Part shown: piece by piece, positions 14,889 through 25,969 of the stretch
Layout: each line of letters begins with the position of its first letter
Numbering within the stretch: position 1 is the stretch's first letter
DNA from: Eledone cirrhosa
Taxonomy: Eukaryota
DNA: 64,000 bases
Reading direction: 5' to 3'
Assembly: GCA_964016885.1 (NCBI GenBank)
Contig: OZ024757.1
Location: forward strand, 1,612,001-1,676,000
Position numbers and translations under genes: made by a program
The notes under the pieces: generated by a model
What the model was told of the DNA's origin: nothing
The model's database searches: none
What the model saw: the letters and a program-made list of their open reading frames with translations, nothing else

Positions 14889-15047
14889 TGCTTTCCAGCA
14901 TAGTTATGTCCCTTTACGTCCCTTTACGGTCTGAGTTCAAATCCCGCCGAGGTTAACTTTGCCTTTCATCCTTACGGGGTCGATAAAATAAAGTACCAGT
15001 AATGTACTGGGTAATTGCTGGCCTTGTGCCAAAAGTAGAAACAGTTA
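14889..15047 (+). mobile_element. SINE, Deu/Nin-like family
   Basis: gagttcaaatcccgccgagg...gcctttcatccttacggggtcgataaaataaagtaccag. Confidence 0.7.
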
Positions 15048-15059
15048 TTTATATATAAG

Positions 15060-15340
15060 GTCTAAAGTCTGTCTTAAGCCAGAAGGCTCATTTAGCCGGT
15101 GCTTATCCCAGTTCCATGGTGTGAAGTGACTGTGAGTACAAGACTACCCCCTGGACAGGATGCCAGTCCATTGCAGGGTTAAACCCCCAGCTATTGCTGG
15201 TACTCATTTTCAGCTGAGTATACTGGAGCAACATGAAATGAAGTGTCTTGCTCAAGAACACAACACACAACCCAGGAATTGAACCCACAATATTATGATT
15301 GTAAGTCCAACACCCTTACCACTAGGCCACGTGCCTCCAC
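15060..15340 (-). mobile_element. tRNA-derived SINE with CORE-like motif
   Basis: Minus strand has tggcctagtggtaaggg (A box), gggttcaattcc (B box) and tgtgttcttgagcaagacactt. Confidence 0.7.
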
Positions 15341-15347
<7 letters not shown>

Positions 15348-15371
<24 letters not shown>

Positions 15372-16412
15372 AAATATTGTATACAGTGCTCAGGTGCACT
15401 ACAACTCATCAAAAGTGTATGTATAGTACATAGGGTAATGTACAAACGTCAGGAAAATGAACAGTGCATGGGTCATGATATACAAATGTGTGCATGTGTA
15501 TGGAAGGGGGACATCAGGTGTAGTTTTGGTAAATTTCGGGAAGCATGAGGGTTTTAAAGGATGCAGTGTCTCGGCAGCTAACAACTGATGCAGGTAGTTT
15601 GTTCCATGCTTCAGAAACTCTGGGTGTGAAAAAATGTTTCCGAAAGTCATGGGAGCTGTGCTGTTTTCTGACTTTGTAGGCATGTCCACCTGTGTTAGAC
15701 ACATGGAGATCAAAAAGGTGCTCAGGGTTGTTGTTGGCAAGATGGTTAATAACTTTGTGGGTGTTTACCAAGTCCGTTGCCAGACGTCGGAGCTTCAATG
15801 AATCCATGCCCAGGGAAGCAAGGCGTTCAGAGTATGGTAGGTGTCTGATGGAAGGTATGCGCTTGGTTGCACGTTTCTGAACAGTTTCCAGGAGGTCAAT
15901 GTTCTGAACAAGATAGGGGTTCCAGACTGATGATGCGAATTCCAAGTGTGGTCGTACCATAGCTGTATACAACTGTAAATAGGTGGCTGGAGAGCGGCTA
16001 ACAAAGGTCTTGCTGAGTGATGCCAAGACACCCTCGACCTTCTTGACAATTTTAGAGATGTGCTTTGTCCAACGCAAATCGCTGCTGACAGTAATGCCCA
16101 GGTCACGTTCACAAGAGGACTTCTTGATATCAGTGTTGTGGAGGGAATATGTGAACGCTGGATTTTTCCTCCAAAAATGCATGGTGGTACAGTTGTCCAC
16201 AGCCAGCTTCAGTTGCCAGTCTGTGATCCATTGCTGCATTGTGTCCAGGTCTGATTGTATGAAAGAGTTATAGATTTCAGGATTGGCCTTTTGATTTCAA
16301 GGTACAGCTTGATGTCATCTGCCTATTTCAGTACTGTGGCATTCTTTAAGCTAGCATCTATGTCATTAATGTATGCAACAAACAAAAGGGGACCAAGAAC
16401 AGATCCCTGTGG
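15348..16412 (-). mobile_element. 5'-truncated CR1-group LINE (RT C-terminal half, (ATT)n tail)
   Basis: VPQGSVLGPLLF..YIND, a decayed ADD motif, VRPHLEFASSVWNP and FFTPRVSEAWNKLP. Confidence 0.85.
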
Positions 16413-16418
16413 TACATA

Positions 16419-16466
<48 letters not shown>

Positions 16467-16468
<2 letters not shown>

Positions 16469-17690
16469 TAGAAGGGGTATTAAATTTGTTGGAAGTCCAA
16501 CAAATATAAATGTTTATAACTGAGTTAGAGCACTCAACAGATAACTGGAGTAAATATTCAATGATATTAAATAAATGGAAACTATATTTATAAAACCATA
16601 TTTATTTTATTATATACTAGCATTAAAGCCCAGCGTTGCTCGGGGTCAGTAAGTTACCAAAGTTAGGTTGCACCACCCATTTTATGGCAGCACTTTTTGT
16701 CTGCCAGACACTGGGTGAATGAATTGCAGACCTGGACTGCCAAAGCAGGAGCTGCACCAACAGTGACAATTGTAGTTTCGCCTATGGATATTATCTCTGT
16801 GCAAAGAAGTGTTGAAATTTATTGTTTCACAGTACTTGCGCAACACGCACGTAGACGATGCCAGCCGAACAACAGAGCTGTGATGGAGTTGTTCTGCATG
16901 GTTGTCTAATGTGTTTTCTAAATTTAAGACAGTAGGGAGGGGTGTGATATGGGGGAGAGTTAGCTGCTGTTTCTAGCAGATTTAGTGACCTCAGAGGATA
17001 TGTTTTCTAAATTTAAGACAGTAGGGAGTGGTGTGTTATGGGGGAGAGTTAGCTGCTGTTTCTAGCAGGTTTAGTGACCTCATAGAGGATATTATTGTGT
17101 ATAGTAAATAAACTGATACTTCTTTCTTCCACGTTCGTTGAGATATTTTTAAAAAGATTTATCGTTATTTTTGTTGTTGTTGAATAAATTTATCTGTTGC
17201 TTTTGAATAATTGTTGTTTTGTATGAAATGTAATAATTTCTCTATGTCATTAAAGTAAATAAATGTTTGACCGTTCCACACTCAAAAACAAACGATCTCT
17301 CTCTCTCCCTCTCTTCGGCGTTCCTAAAGGAAGTTTGTAAGTTTAAGCCTATATAAGAGAAAGTTGCAGACTGTATGTAGTTTTATCGAATTTTAGGGGG
17401 AGTAGAGTGAGGGGTAAAGTGTCATGTATTTAGTTTTATCGATTATTTCCGTAATTGTGGGTGAGTTTGAATGAAATAAATAGTCGTTGACCTAAGTTCG
17501 ACCATTTACAACATTCTTACAGACTTTGAATCGAATCGGTTTGAAATTGTGCAAATGTATAAACATGGAACATGCACACACACACACACACAACAATAAC
17601 AGTATGCCTTTTATAGATATTTCAAGGGTACCAAGACACATTGGTACGCTTTCATCAGATAAAATACAAAGTTTGTTTTATAAATAGAGA
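16467..17690 (-). mobile_element. Hammerhead-bearing element fragment split by a Helitron
   Basis: 16467-16616 and 17618-17690 join into a homolog of 4922-5140. Confidence 0.7.
16617..17617 (-). mobile_element. Non-autonomous Helitron (~1 kb)
   Basis: Minus strand runs 5'-TC...cccgagcaacgctggg hairpin...CTAG-3', inserted between A and T. Its 3' end resembles the Helitron at 31182. Confidence 0.8.
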
Positions 17691-17766
17691 CATACACATG
17701 AAAATCATACCTTATCAGTTGGATATTCACTGGATAGTAAATATCCAACCGATAAGGTATATAAGG

Positions 17767-17769
<3 letters not shown>

Positions 17770-17841
<72 letters not shown>

Positions 17842-17887
17842 TATATATATTATATATATATTATATATATATATATTATATATATAT

Positions 17888-17947
<60 letters not shown>

Positions 17948-17966
17948 GTATATATATTATATATAT
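17770..17966. repeat. (TA)n microsatellite
   Basis: Direct reading of the sequence. Confidence 0.9.
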
Positions 17967-18136
17967 GTAAACTCTGATATAACACCTGCAACCCTGATGG
18001 TATCCAATGATGTTGACTTGTTCTTCTATTTGGTAAATATCATCTTGGTTAAGAGAGTGGGACTGGCTCTGTGCAGTGCCTTTGCTCACTACAAAAGCTT
18101 CACGGCACAGGCATTGCTTTATATCTGGAGATCTCT

Positions 18137-19362
18137 CTGGGTACCTTCTGTCATGTCACCAGTACTCCCCCCTTTACAGGGTAGACTGGGTACCATGTGC
18201 CATGTCACCAGTACTCTCCCCTTTACAGGGTAGACTGGGTACCTTGTGTCATGTCACCAGTACTCCCCCCTTTACAGGGTAGACTGGGTACCTTCTGTCA
18301 TGTCACCAGTACTCTCCCCTTTACAGGGTAGACTGGGTACCTACTGTCATGTCACCAGTACTCTCCCCTTTACAGGGTAGACTGGGTACCTTCTGTCATG
18401 TCACCAGTACTCTCCCCTTTACAGGGTAGACTGGGTACCTACTGTCATGTCACCAGTACTCCCCCCTTTACAGGGTAGACTGGGTACCTTCTGTCATGTC
18501 ACCAGTACTCCCCCCTTTACAGGGTAGACTGGGTACCTACTGTCATGTCTCCAGTACTCCCCCCTTTACAGGGTAGATTGGGTACCTACTGTCATGTCAC
18601 CAGTACTCCCCCCTTTACAGGGTAGATTGGGTACCTACTGCCATGTCACCAGTACTCCCCCCTTTACAGGGTAGATTGGGTACCTACTGCCATGTCACCA
18701 GTACTCCCCCCTTTACAGGGTAGACTGGGTACCTTGTGCCATGTCACCAGTACTCCCCCCTTTACAGGGTAGACTGGGTACCTTGTGCCATGTCACCAGT
18801 ACTCCCCCCTTTACAGGGTAGACTGGGTACCTTGTGCCATGTCACCAGTACTCCCCCCTTTACAGGGTAGATTGGGTACCTTGTGCCATGTCACCAGTAC
18901 TCCCCCCTTTACAGGGTTGACTGGGTACCTTCTGTCATGTCACCAGTACTCCCCCCTTTACAGGGTAGACTGGGTACCTTGTGTCATGTCACCAGTACTC
19001 CCCCCTTTACAGGGTAGACTGGGTACCTTCTGTCATGTCACCAGTACTCCCCCCTTTACAGGGTAGACTGGGTACCTTGTGCCATGTCACCAGTACTCCC
19101 CCCTTTACAGGGTAGATTGGGTACCTACTGTCATGTCACCAATACTCCCCCCTTTACAGGGTAGACTGGGTACCTACTGCCATGTCACCAGTACTCCCCC
19201 CTTTACAGGGTAGACTGGGTACCTTCTGTCATGTCACCAGTACTACCTCCTTTACAGGGTAGACTGGGTACCTTCTGCCATGTCACCAGTACCCCCCCCC
19301 CTTTACAGGGTAGACTGGGTACCTTGTGCCATGTCACTAGTACTCCCCCCTTTACAGGGTAG
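18137..19362 (+). repeat. 49-bp minisatellite, ~25 units
   Basis: Unit beginning ctgggtaccttctgtcatgtcaccagtact and ending tttacagggtaga starts at 18137, 18186, 18235 and onward. Confidence 0.95.
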
Positions 19363-19411
19363 AAGAGATCACTGGAGGGAAAGGTTGGGTATGTCTTCCA
19401 GTTGTGTCACT

Positions 19412-20045
19412 AGTCTGTGTATATGTGTGTGTGTGTCTGCGTGTGTGTCTGTGTGTTTGTGCATGTGTGTGTCTGTGTGTATGTATGTGTGTGTCTGTGT
19501 ATGTGTGTGTTTGTATGTGTGTGTCTGTGTGTCTGTGTGTATGTATGTGTGTGTCTGTGTGTGTGTTATATATGTGTCTGTGTGTGTGTATGTATATATG
19601 TATCTGTGTGTGTGTGGGGGGTGTATGTGTATGTCTGTGTATGTATATATATATGTGTGTGTGTGTGTATATATATGTGTCTGTGTGTGTGTATGTATGT
19701 GTGTGTCTGTGTGTATCTGTGCGTATATGTGTGTATGTACCTGTGTGTATGTATATATGTATCTGCGTATGTGTGTCTATGTGTGTGTCTGTGTGTGTAT
19801 GTGTCTGTGTGTGTGTGTCTGTGTATGCATGCATATCTATGTGTGCATGCATTTATGTTTGTGTGTGTATGTGTACATGTATGTGTGTAAACATGCATAT
19901 ATATGTATGTATGCACGTTTGTCTCTATGTATGTGCGTATGTATATCTGGGTGTGCTTGCATGTACGTCTGTGTGTCTGTGTGTGTGTGCATGCACATTT
20001 GTCTCTCTATGTATGCATGAGTCTGTCTATGAGTGTATGTCTGTG
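19412..20045. repeat. Degenerate (TG)n microsatellite
   Basis: Direct reading of the sequence. Confidence 0.9.
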
Positions 20046-20050
20046 TTTAT

Positions 20051-20592
20051 ATCATCATCATCATCGTTTAACATCCAACCTCCACGCTAGCATGGGTTAG
20101 ACGGGAATTGTCACACTTGAGGCAAGGTTGGTCGGGTGACCGTGTCTTGCTCGTATAGGACTGTCTGGCGGGTGTTCTACGGCTGGATGCCCTTCCTAAC
20201 ACCAACCACATTACAGTGTGGACTGGGAGGTTTTTACCGTGTTACCTACACGGCCACATTACAGCGTGGACTGTGTTTTTGTTGTGACACCTCCACGATC
20301 TCATTTATTTAGGACTGGATGTTGTGGTACCAACATAACTTTATAGAGAGAAGGTGGTGTTGGCGGGAGTGAGGTGGAGTAGGGGTAGTGGGGTGGGGTA
20401 GGGTTAGGGGGGTGGGGTGTATATTTGGTTAAGAGGTGCCTACTGACTGTAGGTTTAACTTTCTACATAGGGAACGTGGGTCTTCTGTATTACTACGTAG
20501 CACCAAAGATCTCGGTCCAGTGACATTGTCTTAGAGAGGTGTAAGTGTGTGAGGTCGGAATTTATCAGATCGTCCCAGGTTTTTCTGGGTCT
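20051..20592 (-). mobile_element. RTE LINE 3' end (last codons, 3' UTR, (GAT)n tail)
   Basis: [30 protein letters not shown], homologous to 35392-35900. Confidence 0.85.
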
Positions 20593-20599
20593 CTCTCTT

Positions 20600-20601
20600 T
20601 G

Positions 20602-20663
<62 letters not shown>

Positions 20664-21052
20664 TATGTGTGTGTGTGTGCATATATATATATATGTGTGT
20701 GTGTGCATATATATATATATATATGTGTGTGTATCTGTGTGCATACATGTATCTCGGTGTATATGTATATGTGTGTGTATGTATGTGTATGTATGTCTGT
20801 ATGTGTATATATGTATGTGTATGTGTGTGTGTATATATGTATGTATGTCTGTATATGTATATATATGTATGTATGTATGTATGTGTGTATGTGTATATAT
20901 ATATATGTATGTGTGTGTATGTATGTATGTCTGTCTGTATTTATATCTGCATGTGTATGTATATATGTGTGTATGCATGTGTATGTATATATGTGTGTAT
21001 GCATGTGTATGTATGTCTGTATGTGTATATATGTATGTGTCTGTATGTGTAT
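20600..21052. repeat. TA/TG compound microsatellite
   Basis: Direct reading of the sequence. Confidence 0.9.
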
Positions 21053-21207
21053 TTATTACAACCCTTAAAACAACAGTAATGGGTGTGAAGTCATTCACAC
21101 CAGAACTAAAGAGATGGGAGGGGAATTATCACCTCCACCACCGCCACCACCACCACACCATCAACACGTTTCATTTTGTCTGTTACTTAAGACAATCCAA
21201 TCTTCCC

Positions 21208-22155
21208 ATCTGTCTCAACTCCCACCCTCTCCTATCTCCCCCTCTCTCAACTCCCACCCTCTCTCAACTGCCACCCTCTCTTATCTCCCCCTCTCTCAAC
21301 TCCCACCCTCTCTCAACTGCCACCCTCTCCTATCTCCCCCTCTCTCAACTCCCACCCTCTCTCAACTCCCACCCTCTCCTATCTCCCCCTCTCTCAACTG
21401 CCACCCTCTCCTATCTCCCCCTCTCTCAACTGCCACCCTCTCCTATCTCCCCCCTCTCAACTGCCACCCTCTCCTCTCTCCCCCTCTCTCAACTGCCACC
21501 CTCTCCTCTCTCCCCCCTCTCAACTCCCACCCTCTCCTATCTCCCCCTCTCTCAACTGCCACCCTCTCCTATCTCCCCCTCTCTCAACTGCCACCCTCTC
21601 CTATCTCCCCCCTCTCAACTGCCACCCTCTCCTCTCTCCCCCTCTCCTCTCTCCCCCTCTCTCAACTGCCACCCTCTCCTCTCTCCCCCTCTCCTCTCTC
21701 CCCCTCTCTCAACTGCCACCCTCTCCTCTCTCCCCCTCTCTCAACTGCCACCCTCTCCTATCTCCCCCTCTCTCAACTCCCACCCTCTCCTCTCTCCCCC
21801 TCTCTCAACTGCCACCCTCTCCTATCTCCCCCTCTCTCAACTCCCACCCTCTCCTCTCTCTCAACTCCCACCCTCTCCCCCTCTCTCAACTCCCACCCTC
21901 TCCCATCTCCCCCTCTCTCAACTCCCACCCTCTCCTCTCTCAACTCTCACCCTCTCCTCTCTCCCCCTCTCTCAACTCCCACCCTCTCCCATCTCCCCCT
22001 CTCTCAACTCCCACCCTCTCCCATCTCCCCCTCTCTCAACTCCCACCCTCTCCTCTCTCAACTCTCACCCTCTCCTCTCTCCCCCTCTCTCAACTCCCAC
22101 CCTCTCCCATCTCCCCCTCTCTCAACTGCCACCCTCTCCTATCTCTCCCTCTCCT
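21208..22155 (+). repeat. Pyrimidine-rich variable-unit minisatellite (ctctcaactg/cccaccctctcctatctccccct)
   Basis: Tandem units of about 20-35 bp with extreme C/T strand bias. Confidence 0.9.
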
Positions 22156-22244
22156 TAGACTCATATTTCACCTCTCCCGAGAGTTCTCTACCAATTATAT
22201 AAGAATATTTCAGTAAATTATGTTCCACCATTTTAATAATTGTT

Positions 22245-22610
22245 TCTACTTTTGGCAAATACCCAGTGCATTACTGGTACTTTATTGTACTGGGTAATTG
22301 CTGGCCTTGTGCCAAAAGTAGAAACAATTATTAAAATGGAGGTGTATTGGCAGAATCGGTAGAGTGCCGGACGCCAGCCATGCTTTGCAGCATAGATTTA
22401 CGGCCCTTTATTTTAATAAGGGTTCCTGGCACATGACTAAGGGGAGTTGATTAAATCAAACCCAGTACGTGACTGGTACTTTATTTTATTGACCCTGTAA
22501 GGATGAAAAGCACAGCTAACTTCAGCGGGATATGAACACAGAATGTAAAGGGCCGTAACTCTATGCCACAAAGCATGTTGTCCAACGCTCTACCGATTAT
22601 TGCCAATTTA
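22245..22610. mobile_element. Cluster of SINE fragments in both orientations (Deu/Nin-like family)
   Basis: ctggccttgtgccaaaagtagaaac on +; ctggtactttattttattgaccctgtaaggatgaaaag is the reverse complement of the family core. Confidence 0.6.
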
Positions 22611-22681
22611 CTAATGAACTGATTAATAGTTTTAGTAAATCTTTTCAAATTCTACATTAAATAATTCCCGTGTCCAGTCGT

Positions 22682-22890
22682 TTGAGTGAAGTCAAGTTGA
22701 ATGGAGTCAAGTTGAGTGAAGTCAAGTTGAGTGAAGTCAAGTTGAGCTAAGTTAAGTCGAGTGATGTCAAGTTGAGCTAAGTTAAGTTGAGTGATGTCAA
22801 GTTGAGCTAAGTTAAGTCGAGTGATGTCAAGTTGAGCTAAGTTAAGTCGAGTGATGTCAAGTTGAGCTAAGTTAAGTTGAGTGAAGTTAA
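22682..22890 (+). repeat. Short-period repeat (5-bp aagtt/gagt base, 15/30-bp higher order)
   Basis: caagttgagctaagttaagtcgagtgatgt is repeated. Confidence 0.85.
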
Positions 22891-23200
22891 AATTAGGAAA
22901 AAGTTGAAGGAAAAGTCTGCAAAGCTGTAACATGTGATCCACGGAGACACTCCGCAATGTTATTGCTGAGCTACCAAACTTGCAGCAAAGATTGGATCAG
23001 GAGCAAAATTAAAACGTACTGTATCTAGGAGGCAAAGATCTCTGGGGAACTACCCTCCACCCCACCCAATACACAGCTTCCATTGTTATTCCAGAATCCC
23101 TGCATCGCTGCCAAATGGACGATAGTATATATTTCACTTAAAATTAATATTCACTGAAATTACTGTTAGCTCTTAACCCTTTAATATTTACATTACTATA

Positions 23201-23292
23201 CAAGCAAGACAACCAATCTTGCCTCACGTGGGACAATTCCCGTCTAAACCCATGCTAGTATGGAAGATAGACGTTAAACGATGATGATGATG
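23201..23292 (+). mobile_element. Short RTE-type 3' tail inserted in the first satellite unit
   Basis: ccgtctaaacccatgctagtatggaagatagacgttaaac+(gat)n. Confidence 0.75.
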
Positions 23293-23992
23293 ACTCTATA
23301 TATACTATTGTATTTTCACAGTAAAGGCTTTACCTCACATAATATCTCACATAACATTTACATTACTCTCTATATACTATTGTATTTTCACAGTAAAGGC
23401 TTTACCTCACATAATATCTCACATAACATTTACATTACTCTATATATACTATTGTATTTTCACAGTAAAGGCTTTACCTCACATATTATCTCACATAACA
23501 TTTATATTACTCTATATATACTATTGTATTTTCACAGTAAAGGCTTTACCTCACATAATATCTCACATAACATTTACATTACTCTATATATACTATTGTA
23601 TTTTCACAGTAAAGGCTTTACCTCACATAATATCTCACATAACATTTACATTACTCTATACATACTATTGTATTTTCACAGTAAAGCCTTTACCTCACAT
23701 AATATCTCACATATCTTTTACATTACTCTATATATACTATTGTATTTTCACAGTAAAGGCTTTACCTCACATATTATCTCACATAACATTTACATTACTC
23801 TATATATACTATTGTATTTTCACAGTAAAGGCTTTACCGCACATAACATTTACATTACTCTATATATACTATTGTATTTTCACAGAACATTTTATTTCAC
23901 ATAATTATCTCACATAACATTTACATTACTCTATATATACTATTGTATTTTCACAGTAAAGGCTTTACCTCACATAATATCTCACATAACAT
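23293..23992 (+). repeat. 72-bp satellite array (5' flank of Tx1 copy 2)
   Basis: Same unit; the ORF track shows a 24-aa periodicity. Confidence 0.95.
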
Positions 23993-24202
23993 CTCGTATA
24001 CGAGAGACGTGTGTTGACGTGTGTGAACAAGCTCGGCTACCGAGTCGGATTTACTTACTCAAAAAGTGAGTTTTGATTAATTTTTTATACTGTAATATAC
24101 GTTAACCCCTTGCCTTGGTCGTCAAACTTTGAGTTTATTTATTTTCGCCCCTTTTTGGGGCGAATTTTCCAGTTAAAAATTTATTACGGCAAACTAATAG
24201 AA

Positions 24203-25948
24203 ATGGACGGAATTTTCACATCTCATCCTAACGTGAAAGCCACGCCCCCTAAGAAAGGTGATACAGAGAAGCTAGAAGCACAAGGCTCTAAGTCTTCCCT
24301 CCTGACTTCTGCAAAAGAAACATGGAACACGGAATTAAAAGAAAAATTTGAAAAAATGGGTGAAAACCCAGAAAGTCACATAAACGCAGACAAAAACAAC
24401 AACGACAATAACAGCAATAGTCACAACACCAACCAAGGAAAAAATAACGATAACACCAAACAAAGCGAACCCACTACTGGTGCCTCCTTTGCACAGGCGG
24501 TCCGGAAAACACAAACCTGCAAGCAACTGGACATTACAACTCTGAGAGAAAAGATGAAGGAAGCGAAACAGTATGTAACTTTCAAAGAAGGAGGAGACTT
24601 CACAATCACCTCCCCACAAGAAATCAAAAGAGACACGACGCTAAGAACGATATCTTTCAGAACAATTTCCAACATAACAAGGAAACCAACTCAATTATCC
24701 CAAAAAGAGATTGAGCTGGTCCTAAAAAATGTGTGGAGTGATATATCGTTCATACAAAAAGGGCCACTCTATGGGAATATAACGGTCCTAATGAAGGATC
24801 AATTGACGGCCAGGAAATACTCTGTGGCACCAATTGTTTCCAAGCTACATACATTTTTCCCCACATATTTAGGGAAAAGAACGCAGAAGATAAGGGTCTC
24901 CGGAATCCGGCCAAATGCATGCATTTCCTGGGTACTAACAGGGTTTTTAGAAGACGAGGACGGAATCCTCTCAGTAGGAGAAGTCACCACAGACGTTTTC
25001 GGCGGTTTGAGCGTGGAGGTTCTGGTCCAAATGAGACCAGAACGAATCGCTAGAATACCACAGAGGGTGTCCCTCGATGGAGAAACATTTATATATATTT
25101 CAGCCGAGGGTAGGAGGCCCATATGTTACTACTGTTCAAGCAGGGGTCATCTAAGGGCTGCTTGTCCTCAATTGACAAAAAAAAAGGCTCTTTTGCCTAC
25201 ACCCCACACACCACCACCACCGCCACCACCACCACCACCACCACCTCCACCACCACCACCACAACAACAACAAAAACAACAGGGAAAAATAACACAAGAC
25301 ACGGCCCCACCCAAAACAACTCCCAAAATACACACAAATACAACAAAACCCCAAAATACACCACTACCCGACAGCACGGACGAGGACCCAGCGGAAACGG
25401 CACCTAGTGACGAAGAGGGGGAACCCTTCCAACCTGTAAAAAGGAAAAAAAGAAAGCACCACTCGAACATAAACGAAACAAACACACAACCACCAACAAA
25501 AACAAAACAAACAGAACAAACAAAATCCGCCCCACCCCAAAACATAACACATACAACAAAACGTAAGCACACACAAGAACAACAAACAAACACAACACAA
25601 ATAAAACAGTATACATACATTAACACAAATAACAAAGAACTAGTAAAAACAATACACAAAGACCCTTTGGTGGAAACTGAAGGACAATTCTTTGCAAGCG
25701 CGGCCAACAAACCGCATTTAAAAATGATAAGACTCCCAATGGACACCTATGCAAAACTAAGAGAGAACTTTCCTGAGGACGTGGGGAAAACATGTACTCG
25801 ACCCTATAACCGCGTCCTCTTGAAACGTTTCCCCACCCACACCTCACCAAACACCCCCACTCCACCACAGAACAACACCCCACCAAACAACCCCTCCAAT
25901 ACGCCCATGGATATTGTGCAACCTGCTCCTCAGGAGCCGAACAGGTAG
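24203..25948 (+). CDS. Tx1 ORF1 protein with CCHC zinc knuckle
   Basis: Open frame from ATG 24203; the poly-Pro run is 6 residues longer than in copy 1. Confidence 0.85.
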   Translation: MDGIFTSHPNVKATPPKKGDTEKLEAQGSKSSLLTSAKETWNTELKEKFEKMGENPESHINADKNNNDNNSNSHNTNQGKNNDNTKQSEPTTGASFAQAVRKTQTCKQLDITTLREKMKEAKQYVTFKEGGDFTITSPQEIKRDTTLRTISFRTISNITRKPTQLSQKEIELVLKNVWSDISFIQKGPLYGNITVLMKDQLTARKYSVAPIVSKLHTFFPTYLGKRTQKIRVSGIRPNACISWVLTGFLEDEDGILSVGEVTTDVFGGLSVEVLVQMRPERIARIPQRVSLDGETFIYISAEGRRPICYYCSSRGHLRAACPQLTKKKALLPTPHTPPPPPPPPPPPPPPPPPQQQQKQQGKITQDTAPPKTTPKIHTNTTKPQNTPLPDSTDEDPAETAPSDEEGEPFQPVKRKKRKHHSNINETNTQPPTKTKQTEQTKSAPPQNITHTTKRKHTQEQQTNTTQIKQYTYINTNNKELVKTIHKDPLVETEGQFFASAANKPHLKMIRLPMDTYAKLRENFPEDVGKTCTRPYNRVLLKRFPTHTSPNTPTPPQNNTPPNNPSNTPMDIVQPAPQEPNR

Positions 25949-25969
25949 GTCCTTCCTCTTTTAACCAAC

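Noticed and set aside
20545-22202. Pro/Ser/Leu-rich 537-aa and 362-aa ORFs
   Set aside because: They are translations of a microsatellite plus the pyrimidine minisatellite.
22652-22957. Pentapeptide-repeat-like ORF (QLDIT/RLNLA)
   Set aside because: It simply reflects the 15/30-bp DNA repeat, with no supporting gene structure.
24110-24202. Upstream extension of Tx1 ORF1
   Set aside because: It starts at a TTG; the first ATG is at 24203 (13968 in copy 1).
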